Assembly (NCBI GenBank): GCA_963803975.1
Contig: CAWDOY010000001.1
Location: 64,001 to 128,000, forward strand
Reading direction: 5' to 3'
Length of the DNA stretch: 64,000 nt
Source of the DNA: an uncultured delta proteobacterium
Lineage (GTDB): Bacteria; Desulfobacterota; WTBG01; CAIYCZ01
Below, in pieces: positions 51,433 through 62,134 of this stretch. The translations under genes were made by a program, and so were the position numbers. Under the pieces are notes generated by a model. It was not told where the DNA came from. It saw only the letters and a list, made by a program, of their open reading frames with translations, and searched no databases. Numbering within the stretch: position 1 is the stretch's first letter; each line of letters begins with the position of its first letter.

Positions 51433-51465
51433 GGGAAGCCCCGCCTTTTAGGCGGGGAGCTTCAC
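51433..51465 (+). mobile_element. IS200/IS605-like right-end hairpin remnant (may also act as a terminator)
   Basis: GGGAAGCCCCGCC-TTTTA-GGCGGGGAGCTTCAC resembles the subterminal hairpin ending in TCAC of this family; no tnpA/tnpB seen. Confidence 0.55.
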
Positions 51466-51561
51466 TAATATAATCCTCCCAAACGTAGAATTAGTATAAA
51501 AAACAATGTTAGACGGGCCAAGGCAACGAAACCATACATTATTTTTCAGGAGGGACATTCT

Positions 51562-51855
51562 TTGAGTGAGCATAGAGGAGGAGGGAAGTTTGGGAAAGTG
51601 CAAAATTCCTGGCCGTTCGTGAAGTTGACGATAAACGAAGATGGCATTTCGATGAGAACCATCATCCAAGAGGTTCAGCTGAAGCGTGAATCCATCCGGG
51701 CGATCATTCTACATAGAGGTTTTCTCAACAGTCGCTTTGTCTTCAAACATGACGACTCTACGATCAAGCAAGAACTCGAATTTTGGACGTTTTCGCCTGA
51801 TTCAATAGCAAACGCTCTAAAATCACAAGGGTATTCCATTTCAGAAGGAGAATAA
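51562..51855 (+). CDS. Small hypothetical protein, possible gene-cassette relic
   Basis: 97-aa ORF (NSWPFVKL..EFWTFSP) bounded by GTTAGAC (51508) and GCCTAAC (51865); start uncertain. Confidence 0.5.
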   Translation: MSEHRGGGKFGKVQNSWPFVKLTINEDGISMRTIIQEVQLKRESIRAIILHRGFLNSRFVFKHDDSTIKQELEFWTFSPDSIANALKSQGYSISEGE

Positions 51856-52850
51856 GACAGTTCCGCCTAACAAGACGTTACGATATATAGTGCTTACATC
51901 TAAAATCAAAAAGTAATGCTATCTGCTATCATTTTATTCCTGCCACTTACGCTTTGCAAAAGAAGTATGCAATGAATTTAAGCTGCTAAACTACTCTCTC
52001 TGCTGATACATAAGCTGCACTTTCCTGCCTGTAATACACACCACAAGATGTTGATTTTTGTCCGGACAACACGTGTCCATATCTTACGACGGATTCTTTA
52101 TTGTCGTACAATCTCTCCACTACTATACTTCCATCATCCGAAAGCGAGTCTCTATCAATAAATAATTCATTGGTCACAAAGAACCACTGATAATGTTTTG
52201 TGCTGTTTGTTTGGTCAATCAAAGCCAATAGTTGTGCTGATTATTTTACATGTATACATTAATTTTGCCACGACATAACTTTCAAGTTTTAAATTTACTT
52301 CGCAATTTTTTATATTTTCAGAAATCGCAGTCATTATTTAATTTTGGTATCTAACTTGAATAAACTTATTTTCAAAATGCACCTTATTTAAAAACCCATT
52401 CATAACGCCGGGGCATCCCATGGTTTGGGATAAGAAGAGGGTGACACCGATGAGTATTTGGGGATACTTATCAAGACAAGTGAATATAGTTTTTAGTGAA
52501 GAATACAAGAGACCGTCTTCAGGTTGCATAATAGACCTGCAGGCGGTTTTCTGTTTAAAGGGGGAGACAGAAGAAAAGAAACAGCATCGCATCCAGAAAC
52601 GCCAAGAGTCCAGTCAATTCAGTTAATCAACAGGCAATAGACGCCTTTCAGATAAATTCCGGACTACCGCCTTTCCATCAACCTCCGACACTTGATATTG
52701 AATTTCACCGTCAGTATGATTGAGACTGAGCAATAATGACAGCTCATGAAAATAAGAATGACTCGGCAGGCCATAGCGACAATTATCCCGTGTCGAGCCC
52801 TATGCTCCAATAACGGAGACTGCATACATATAAAAAAGGAGGGGTTGTTT

Positions 52851-54686
52851 ATGGGAAAATATTTCATAGTTTACAACCCGGCCACCTATGAGTTGATGAA
52901 CATAGACAGGGACAAATGCACGTCGCCTCTGGGGCTTATCACGTATCTCACGAATCGCGACGCGTCCCATCTCAACCAAGAGAACTATCTCGACTTCCTG
53001 TATTTTGATCTGCACAAACGCAGGGTCGGCATGGTGGAGACCTTCGGCATTGAGAACGGCGCTGCAATCTATATCGGCAATCAGATTGCAAGGCTGGCAC
53101 CCGACACCCAGGTGATCCAGGCGGATGACAACCGGGCGGCGCTGCGGGAAGCCATAGAGCGTCAGGGAACAAAGCCTGCCGCAGTGTTCATGACCTCTAT
53201 CAGCTCAAACTTTCCGGGCGCTGTTGCGGCAGCTATCGTTCTCAACCATGCCCATATTCCGGTGGTGCTGGGCGGGATTCATGTTTCCACATCCCCACAG
53301 GATGTAGATCTGTTTATACGTGCCTTCTGCCCCTATCCAGAGCTGGTCATTCAGGTACGGGGGCCCGGTGACTCCCCGGTAATCGGTGGCGTGCTGCGCG
53401 ACCTGGAGCAGGGAACGCTGCAGAGCCAGTACGAGGGCCACATCACGATTGAAAATGGGGTATGGAGGACGCCGGAGAATGTCCTGCCGCTGCCGCCGAT
53501 GTCAATGAGAACCCGCGGCAAAGTCTCCTTCATCGGGCAGTTTCTGGAGCATAAGGTGCGGCTGATCCCGGTGGCTCCGCTGCTCGGCTGCCCGTATTCC
53601 TGCAGCTTTTGCTCTGTATCCACTCTGCCCTTAGGTCAGCGGCGTCTTACCATGCGAACGCCCGGTGATTTTCTTGATGAATTGGAATCGTTACAGGATA
53701 CCAATGCCGACGTTACCTTCCCGATATTTTTGTTCTGCACGGACAATCTCCTTCTGGGAGGAAACGTGCTGGATGAGATGCTGGCAGGAATGATTGAGCG
53801 CAAGATAAAGGTGCCGTTCATGGCGCAGATTTCCATTGAGGTGGCGTCACATGAGGATCTGTTAAAACGCATGCGCCAGGCCGGGGCGCTGCTCTTCGAG
53901 ATCGGGTTTGAGAGTTTGGACATGCAAAACCTCGAACACATCAACAAGCACTGTGTACACGACATCAGGAAGAGCAAACTGTCCGTGCCTGAGTATTACG
54001 CACGGCAGATACAGAAAATACTGGACCACGGCATTGCCATTCAGGGCTCTTTCATATTCGGACTCCCCTTTGACCGGTTTGATTCGCTTGAAGATAATAC
54101 CGGAACCGAGGTTACGCAGTTCTGCCTGGACACGCACATCAGCTTGATGGCGGGCTGCTTCTGCGCCTCGCCCGGCGCGCCAGACTTTGAGGCAAGCCTT
54201 CAGGCGGGTACGTTCTTGTATGGCAGGCCCGGGACCATGGAGTATTTGCGGTCGTTATGCATTGCGGACCATTGTGAGATGAACACGCAGCCGCCGGAGG
54301 GCCTGAGAAAGAGCCCGCTTTTGGTGGCGATCATGGCCATTGAAGCTCTGCGGAGGGTAGGGATAAAACGCCGCAGTATAAGGAATGCGGCTTACATGGG
54401 GCGCAAGGCCTTTGCGTATCCCACGGCGCGTGGTCGTATTTCGTATCAGGGGCACGCGATGGACTATATAGCTGCATTTGCGAATCATCTCATCACAACC
54501 AGCCTGTACCGGGAACAGGGAGTGCGCCTGGCTACTTCACGGAACGGTCTTAGGGGAGTACTGGAGAGACTCTTTGAGGCAGAGAAGGACCCGGAAGTAC
54601 AGAAGCTCTGCAGAGATTATGTGGCGGGGTTCATCAAAAAGGAACGACAGCCGCTGATGCCGGAAACGATAGCTTCTCCAACCTAA
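52851..54686 (+). CDS. Radical SAM protein with B12-binding-like N-terminal domain
   Basis: VVLGGIHVS, GCPYSCSFC, DN, IGFES, GSFIFGL; AAGGAGG RBS before 52851. Confidence 0.88.
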   Translation: MGKYFIVYNPATYELMNIDRDKCTSPLGLITYLTNRDASHLNQENYLDFLYFDLHKRRVGMVETFGIENGAAIYIGNQIARLAPDTQVIQADDNRAALREAIERQGTKPAAVFMTSISSNFPGAVAAAIVLNHAHIPVVLGGIHVSTSPQDVDLFIRAFCPYPELVIQVRGPGDSPVIGGVLRDLEQGTLQSQYEGHITIENGVWRTPENVLPLPPMSMRTRGKVSFIGQFLEHKVRLIPVAPLLGCPYSCSFCSVSTLPLGQRRLTMRTPGDFLDELESLQDTNADVTFPIFLFCTDNLLLGGNVLDEMLAGMIERKIKVPFMAQISIEVASHEDLLKRMRQAGALLFEIGFESLDMQNLEHINKHCVHDIRKSKLSVPEYYARQIQKILDHGIAIQGSFIFGLPFDRFDSLEDNTGTEVTQFCLDTHISLMAGCFCASPGAPDFEASLQAGTFLYGRPGTMEYLRSLCIADHCEMNTQPPEGLRKSPLLVAIMAIEALRRVGIKRRSIRNAAYMGRKAFAYPTARGRISYQGHAMDYIAAFANHLITTSLYREQGVRLATSRNGLRGVLERLFEAEKDPEVQKLCRDYVAGFIKKERQPLMPETIASPT

Positions 54687-54887
54687 AATGCGACACAAGG
54701 AGAATCAGTGCCCACGCCTGACGACTGCGCTTTCGCTGCGCCAGTAGAACAGAAAAAGGCACATGATGGCAGATAGTGACCCTGCATTTTCTTTTATCGT
54801 TTAGCACCTATATGTTAGTAGTGGTTAAAATGCGCGACTACTGCTATCTATTAGATTCTCATATTTATATAAAATAATTTAATTATC

Positions 54888-54915
54888 TTGACACAGACAT
54901 ATAAAGGCGTAAAAT
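54888..54915 (+). promoter_or_regulatory. Sigma70 promoter of the surface-protein gene
   Basis: TTGACA (54888-54893)-16 bp-TAAAAT (54910-54915), AT-rich upstream DNA. Confidence 0.6.
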
Positions 54916-54966
54916 CGAATTAATGGCTATCCAACATAGCATAAATTTTATAAGGTTGTTACAAGA

Positions 54967-55074
54967 GGCAACAGCGATGGGTGCCGGGGTGATACTCTTT
55001 AAAAGCATAGTTGCCGAGTACTGTAAGAATAAGTAACCGTCATCAGCAGCAGACTATGCCTGAGACGGTTTTTT
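54967..55074 (+). promoter_or_regulatory. Structured 5' leader with intrinsic terminator (attenuator/riboswitch candidate)
   Basis: GGCAAC/GTTGCC helix, then AACCGTC..GACGGTT plus T-tract about 95 nt before the ATG. Confidence 0.5.
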
Positions 55075-55169
55075 ATTTTGCTCAAGGAACTGAGGAAAAA
55101 AATTAAAAAACTGACAGAGGTTTTGCATAGCAGCTTTATTCAACTGCTACTGTTTTTCAAGGAGGCGTT

Positions 55170-58100
55170 ATGAAGAAGACAAGAGTTATCTTCTTATTAT
55201 GCATAGGTATTGTTTTTGTTACTGGTAATGGATTTGCAGCAGACTGGTCTGCCATGACCAGCGGCACGACGAATAATCTCAATGGACTCTGGGGGAGTTC
55301 CGGCAGTGATGTTTTTGCCGTGGGTGACAGCGGCACCATCCTCCACTATGACGGCACTGCCTGGTCTGCTATGGCAAGTCCTACAACAGATAATCTCAAT
55401 AGCATCTGGGGCAGCTCTGCTACCCATGCATTTGCCGTGGGTGATAATGGCACCATCCTCCACTATGACGGCTTAAACTGGCTTACGGTACCAAGCACGA
55501 CAACAAATAATCTCAATAGTGTCTGGGGCAATTCAGACCAGTAATGTGCTTATGCAGTGGGTGATAACGGCACATTTCTTTACTACAATGGGAGCTGGTC
55601 TTCCCCCATGCCCCCTGGTACATTCAAAACCAATCTCAACGCTATCTGGGGTCTCTCAGGTTCAAATATTTTCGTAGTTGGCGATGGCGGCACCATAGGT
55701 CACTTTGGTGGCATTCCCGGCGGTTTCATGGACAGCGGGACGACTGAAAACCTCAAAGATATCTGGGGCCCCTCAAGCAATAGTGTTTATGCGGTGGGCA
55801 GCAATGGAACGTTTCTGATCTACAATGGGTATAGCTGGTCTGATCCCATGGCAGGTCTTTTTACCTTCAATTTCAATGCTATCTGGGGAAGTTCCGGTTC
55901 AGATATTTTCGTAGTTTGTGATGGTGGTGCCATAGGGCGTGTCGATGGCAGGACCCCGGGCGGGCAAATGGACAGCGGGACAACTGAAAACCTCAAAGAT
56001 ATCTGGGGCAGTTCAGGGCATGATGTTTTTGCTGTGGGAGAGAACGGGACCATACTGCACTACCACCCGGCATACTGCAGCGCTGTTAATCCGCAATATG
56101 GTTATAAAGGGCAAACCCTTGATGTAACAATTACTGGATTGAATACTAATTTTACAGATACTGACTCCATTGTTTCATTTGGCTGCAGTGGCATTACCAT
56201 TAACAGTACGACGGTTAGTTCTGCGACCCGGGTTACAGCCAATATTACCATTGCCCCTGATGCCCCGCCGGGAATTTGCGATGTGACAGTAACCACCGGC
56301 GAGGAGATCATCACCTGTACCGATGCATTTGCTTTGCAAGGCAGCATTTCGGGGACGGTGACTGACGCTGTAACGGGTGAGGCGCTCTCCGGCATAGAAG
56401 TGACGGTTTATGATGCAACAACTGGTAACTATGTATCATCCGGTTATACTGGCACTGACGGCACCTACACCGCAGGAAGGCTGCAAAGCGGGAGCTATAA
56501 AGTTCAGTTTCATGATCACAACGGCATTTACTTCGATGAATGGTATAATAACAAGGCAGATTTTTGCGCTGCATATGATGTAGCGGTAACAGCGCCCTCT
56601 ACCACGATTGTTAACGCTGCGCTTGATCGTGGCGGCAGCATTACCGGGACGGTGACTGACGCTGAAACAGGTGAGGCGCTCTCCGGCATAGCTGTGGCGG
56701 TATATGATGCAACTACTTATAGCTATGTATCATACGGTTATACTGGCACTGACGGCACCTACACCGCAGGAAGGCTGCAAAGCGGGAGCTATAAAGTTCA
56801 GTTTTATGCTAACAACGGCATTTACTTCGATGAATGGTATGATGACAAGGCAGATTTTTATACTGCAGATCTTGTATGGTTAACAGCGCCCTCTAACACG
56901 ACGGTTAATGCTGCGCTTGATCGTGGCGGCAGCATTATCGGGACGGTGACTGACGCTGAAACAGGGGAGGCGCTCTCCGGCATCTATGTGGAGGTATATG
57001 ATGCAACTACTTATAGCTCTGTATCATCCGGTTATACTGGCACTGACGGCACCTACACCGCAGGAAGGCTGCGAAGCGGGAGCTATAAAGTTCAGTTTCG
57101 TGCTGACAACGGCATTCACGCCAGTGAATGGTATGATGACCAGGCAGATTTTGAAAGTGCAGATCCTGTATGGTTAACAGCGCCCTCTAACACGACGGTT
57201 AATGCTGCGCTTGGTCATGGCGGCAGCATCACCGGGACGGTGACTGACGCTGAAACAGGGGAGGCGCTCTCCGGCATCTATGTGAACGTACATGATGCAA
57301 CTACTGGTAACTCTGTATCATACGGTATATACTGGCACTGACGGCACCTACACCGCAGGGGGGCTGCAAAGCGGGAGCTATAAAGTTCAGTTTCATGCTT
57401 ACAACGGCATTTACTTCAGTGAATGGTATGATAACAAGGCAGATTTTTATACTGCAGATCTTGTATGGTTAACAGCGCCCTCTAACACGACTGTTAATGC
57501 TGCGCTTGATCGTGGCGGCAGCATCACCGGGACGGTGACTGACGCTGCAACGGGGGAGGCGCTCTCCGGCATCTATGTGAAGGTATATGATGCAACTACT
57601 GGTAACTCTGTATCATACGGTTATACTGGCACTGACGGCACCTACACCGCAGGAAGGCTGCGAAGCGGGAGCTATAAAGTTCAGTTTCATGCTGACAACG
57701 GCATTTACGCCAGTGAATGGTATGATAACAAGGCAGATTTTGAAAGTGCAGATCTTGTATGGTTAACAGCGCCCTCTAACACGACTGTTAATGCTGCGCT
57801 TGATCGTGGCGGCAGCATTACCGGGACGGTGACTGACGCTGCAACGGGGGAGGCGCTCTCCGGCATAGATGTGGCGGTTTATGATGCAACAACTGGTAAC
57901 TATGTATCATACGGTTATACTGGCACTGACGGCACCTACACCGCAGGGGGGCTGCGAAGCGGGAGCTATAAAGTTCGGTTTTATGATTACAACGGCATTT
58001 ACCAGAGTGAATGGTATGATGACAAGGCAGATTTTGAAAGTGCAGATCTTGTATGGTTAACAGCGCCCTCTAACACGACCGTTATTAATGCTGCGCTTGG

Positions 58101-59235
58101 TCGCGGCGGCAGCATTACCGGGAGAGTGACGGGAGCGAATGGATCTGGAATATCCGGTTCAATAGGGGTGTATGATACTGATCACCAACAGATAGCATGG
58201 GGTTATACAGATGAAAACGGTTATTACACGGTGGGCCTTCCAAACGGAATCTATAAAGTAGTTTTTTACGGCCTTTGCGGAGAGGCATGGTATAATAACA
58301 AGAACAACTTCGACAACGCTGATACAGTACTGGTAACAGCCCCAAATCCTACAACAGGTATAGACATAGTATATCCGCCGACATCTGCAAATGACAGTGA
58401 TGGTGACGGTGTGCCGGATACTATCGACAACTGTCCCAACACAGCAAATCCTGACCAGAAAGATTCTGATGGTGATGGGGTCGGTGATGCATGCGATGGC
58501 TGCCCGAATGACCCATTAAAGACAGCCCCCGGTATATGCGGCTGTGGCGTAGCAGATACTGACAGTGATGGTGATGGAACACCGGACTGTATTGACAAAT
58601 GTCCCGCTGATCCGAAGAAGACAGATCCTGGAATTTGCGGCTGCGGCGTAGCTGATACTGACAGTGATGGTGATGGGGTGCCGGACTGCATTGACAAATG
58701 TCCCACTGACCCCAAGAAGACTGACCCGGGGACCTGCGGCTGTGGCGTAGCTGATACTGACACTGACGCAGACGGAGTACCGGACTGCAAGGACAACTGC
58801 AAGACTACCTCAAATCCAGATCAGAAAGATTCAGATGGAGATGGTATTGGCGATGCCTGCGAGCAGCCGACTCAATCATACCTGCCATTGGCAGTTGCAG
58901 CAATAGATGATGCGGTTAATCTGGAAACTCAGGCAAAAGATACCATGAAAAGTTCTGCTATTACCGTGCTGAAGGCTTTGCTTGAAAGTTCAAAAACAAA
59001 GATAGGAGAAGCATTAACCAGCATCGCAAAAGCAAAACAGAATGGCGAGCTGAGCAAACTAACCAGGGCAGATATAGTTACTGCTCAGTACTCACTTGAG
59101 ACTGCCAGGGCATTAGATAGCACAGCGATAAGTCTGCTGAAAAAGGATAGCAGTCAAACAAGGAAAGCTGCCCAGGAATTGATAAAGGCTGCCATCTCCC
59201 TAAAATTGTCAGCCAAGAAAATTATAACGAAATAA
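55170..59235 (+). CDS. Large exported surface protein: WG-repeat propeller, Ig/TIG-like domain, 7 carboxypeptidase-regulatory-like repeats, TSP type-3 repeats; interrupted near 55543 and 57328
   Basis: Signal peptide; L..IWGSS..DVFAVG..GTILHY repeats; GSITGTVTDA.TG..LSGI.V repeats; DSDGDG.PD..D.CP repeats. Confidence 0.85.
56341..58108 (+). repeat. Six near-identical about 294-bp intragenic tandem repeats
   Basis: GCAGCAT..CGGGACGGTGACTGACGCTG recurs at about 56341, 56635, 56929, 57223, 57518 and 57812; a diverged seventh unit starts near 58109. Confidence 0.92.
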
Positions 59236-59254
59236 ACAGCATAGAGAAATTAGT

Positions 59255-59295
59255 AACCAGAGGCAGGGTCAGCAGTGGCTCTGCCTCTGGTTTTT
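59255..59295 (+). terminator. Rho-independent terminator
   Basis: AACCAGAGGCAG / CTGCCTCTGGTT stem plus T-tract after the stop at 59235. Confidence 0.85.
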
Positions 59296-59369
59296 ATCTA
59301 TAGGTAGCGGCTGAGCATTATTCACAAAAAGTCACTCTTTGCTGCCGTAAAAACTCGCGACTGATGCTG

Positions 59370-60551
59370 CTATTTTATAAGATAACCTTTCATCCTCTGC
59401 AGGGCTTCCTCAATATTCTCTTTTGAGTTCGCGTAGGTGAAGCGCAGATAGCCTTCGGCGTTCTTGCCAAAATCAATCCCCGGCGTGCAGCCGACTCCCG
59501 CACCCTCAAGGATATCATAGGCAAGCTTGAGTGAGTTTCCCCCAAAGCGTTTGGCATTGGCCAGAATGTAGAAAGCTCCGGTCGGCTCGACGGCAATGCC
59601 GAAGCCCAGTGCACGCAGTCCATCCAGCAGCACCATGCGCCGCTCATTATAGAGCGCCTTCATCTCTTCCACCTCTTTTTGGCACTCTCTGAGAGCAGTG
59701 AGTGCTGCCCTTTGGACAAATGAGTTTGCAGAGATGAAGAAATTCTGATGCAGGGTCTGCAGCGCCCGCATGTACTTAAGCGGCGCAATCAAATAGCCGA
59801 TGCGCCAGCCGGTCATGGCATAGAGCTTGGAAAAACCGTTAATGACAAAGGCATTGTCAGTATATTCAAGGATGCTGTGCTCTTTTTCTTCTCCGTAAAC
59901 CAGTCCGTGGTAAATTTCATCTGAGATTATGCAGGGGCCCAGACCGCTCAGCTCCGCGAGAGTTTTTCCGGAAATTACGGTCCCCGCGGGATTTGACGGG
60001 GAGTTAACGATGAGCGCTTTGGTGTTTTCGGTAAGAGCCTGCGTGACTTTATCAACCGTATACTGAAATCCATCCTGTTCATCGACGTTAACGTATTGCG
60101 GTTGCGCCCCGACATAACAGAGGAAATTGGGATAGCAGGGATAGTGGGGGTCGGAAAGGATGACTTCATCTCCCCGGTTAAGAAGCACCGAGCAGATGAG
60201 AAGCATGGCGGGCGATGTGCCTGAGGTTATGACGACGCGGTCGGCCGTAATGCTCACGCCGTATTTCTCAAAATAATGCTCGCAGATTGCCTCGCGCAGC
60301 TCCAGCAATCCCAGGCTGTGGGTGTAGCGGGGCCGGGTTTCCTGAAGCGACCTCATGCAGGCCTCTTTGATGCGCAGCGGCGTGTCAAAATCAGGCTCGC
60401 CGATCTCAAGGTGTATGATGTGTTTACCTGCTGCTTCAAGCTGCTGCGCCCGCTCCATTATTTCCATGGCAAGAAACGGCTTCAGGCATTGAATGTGGGA
60501 CGGAAGGCTTACTTCGTTCTGTTTTTCTATCAGGCATACGGCCTCTTGCAA
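59370..60551 (-). CDS. Class I/II PLP-dependent aminotransferase (aspartate aminotransferase-like)
   Basis: LEIGEPDF, NSPSNPAG, SDEIYHGL, GFSKLYAMTGWRIGY; start may be downstream. Confidence 0.93.
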   Translation of the reverse strand: MQEAVCLIEKQNEVSLPSHIQCLKPFLAMEIMERAQQLEAAGKHIIHLEIGEPDFDTPLRIKEACMRSLQETRPRYTHSLGLLELREAICEHYFEKYGVSITADRVVITSGTSPAMLLICSVLLNRGDEVILSDPHYPCYPNFLCYVGAQPQYVNVDEQDGFQYTVDKVTQALTENTKALIVNSPSNPAGTVISGKTLAELSGLGPCIISDEIYHGLVYGEEKEHSILEYTDNAFVINGFSKLYAMTGWRIGYLIAPLKYMRALQTLHQNFFISANSFVQRAALTALRECQKEVEEMKALYNERRMVLLDGLRALGFGIAVEPTGAFYILANAKRFGGNSLKLAYDILEGAGVGCTPGIDFGKNAEGYLRFTYANSKENIEEALQRMKGYLIK

Positions 60552-60635
60552 TTGTTTCTCTCTGTAGAGTATGATACTTTCTAAATCCAGACTCTGTCAG
60601 GAGCAGATTAACAGGATTTATTTTCTTTTACAATT

Positions 60636-62071
60636 ATGAAAGTACTGCTTGCCTATCTCTGCCATTACCAGGACCGGCATGATTATTTTCTCTCCCTGAT
60701 GCCGGTGGGGCTGGTGTCAATAGCCGCGTGTCTCGAGAAAGAGGGCCATGATGTAACGCTTGCCAATTTCTCTTCCGCTGGTCTTCGTAAAGCTCTCAAG
60801 CAGATTGTGGACATAAAGCCTCGAGTGATCGGGCTCTCGCTTTTTACCCATAACCGGGTTGACACGTTGAAGCTCATTCAGGAGATACGGAAAGCTTTGC
60901 CCTCTGCAGTCATTGTGCTGGGCGGCCCTCATGCAACATTTCTTGCTGAAAAGATTATCAGGCGTTATCCGGCGGTTGATTATATAATTCAAGGTGAGGG
61001 TGAAGGGCCTTTTTCTAAACTGCTGAAGAAGTTTGCCGCGGGAAAGAAGCCTGCAGATAAAATTATTTCTCGCGGAGACAGTTGATAGCCTTGATGACCT
61101 GCCGGCTCCCGGGCAATTCTCCGGAAAGCTCGTTGGTGTTAATCCCGCTGACCAGTTTCAGTTTATCATCACCTCCCGCGGCTGCCCGCATGAGTGCGTG
61201 TTCTGTTCTTCGCCTAAGTTCTGGCAGCGAACGGGTCCGCTACCGCAGCCCGGAAAGCATATTCCGCGAAATTAAATATCTCTATGACCGCTACGGCATC
61301 ATCTATTTTTCCGTGCGGGATGATAACTTTACCCTGAGTAAAAAGCGGGTCCTGAAATTTACCCGGCTTCTGCGCAACAGCGGCATGTATATCATGTGGA
61401 ACTGCCAGGGCCGGGTGGACACGGTGGATGAGGAGATGCTCGTCGCCATGAAAAGGGCAGGGCTTGAGCATATTCAGTACGGGGTAGAGTCCGGGTCAGA
61501 AAAAATTCTCAGTCAGTATGCCAAGCACATAACGCTCAAGCAGATAGAACATGCCGCGGCCATAACAAGAAGGGTGGGGGTCTATCTTTCCATTTATCTC
61601 ATGACCGGCATGGAAGGAGAAACACAGCGCGACACTGATGCAACCAGGGCTTTAATAAAAAGAGTTCTCCCGTCAGATGGTATCGTGTCGCCGGTGGCCC
61701 TGTACCCGGGGACCGCGCTGTATGAGCAGGCAAAGAACGAGAGACTGGTGAGTGATGCTGTCTGGTTTGAAAATAAAAACGCAGGCGTTTTTCTCAGGGA
61801 TGACGGGCAGGTAAAGAGATGGATGAATGAGCTCCTCTCCGAACTCGCTTCAATCAAGAAAAAATCTCAATATCGGGAAGAAGATTTCAGGAAGCACCGG
61901 CAGGTTGTTGGTGATGACTGCTGGGTTACGGATATCATGGAAGGTGATTATTCTCTTACGAGAAGGCGCTATCGGAATGCTGAGGAATGCTACCGCAGGG
62001 TTATTACAAAATATCCTCAGAATCCCTGGGGACATTTGAGAATGGATACATTGAAATTGAATAGTTGCTAA
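60636..62071 (+). CDS. B12-binding radical SAM protein with C-terminal TPR, frameshifted near 61071 and 61230
   Basis: IVLGGPHAT, GEGE, TSRGCPHECVFC (middle frame), R.RSPE, DDNF, GVESGS, YPGT.LY; two +1 insertions. Confidence 0.87.
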
Positions 62072-62134
62072 ATGCGCTGACCCTTATTTGCCACCAAGCC
62101 TTGTGGTAACTGACCGCGTCAGGCACCGGCACCC

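Noticed and set aside
51986..52626. Short ORFs in the AT-rich region after secA
   Set aside because: No recognisable motifs or RBS; probably decayed fragments
55542..55544. Stop-codon readthrough or recoding
   Set aside because: The codon is TAA, not TGA or TAG, and compensating insertions explain it
56341..58800. Tandem repeats as a CRISPR array
   Set aside because: They are in-frame coding repeats (294 bp and about 99 bp) without unique spacers, and no cas genes are present
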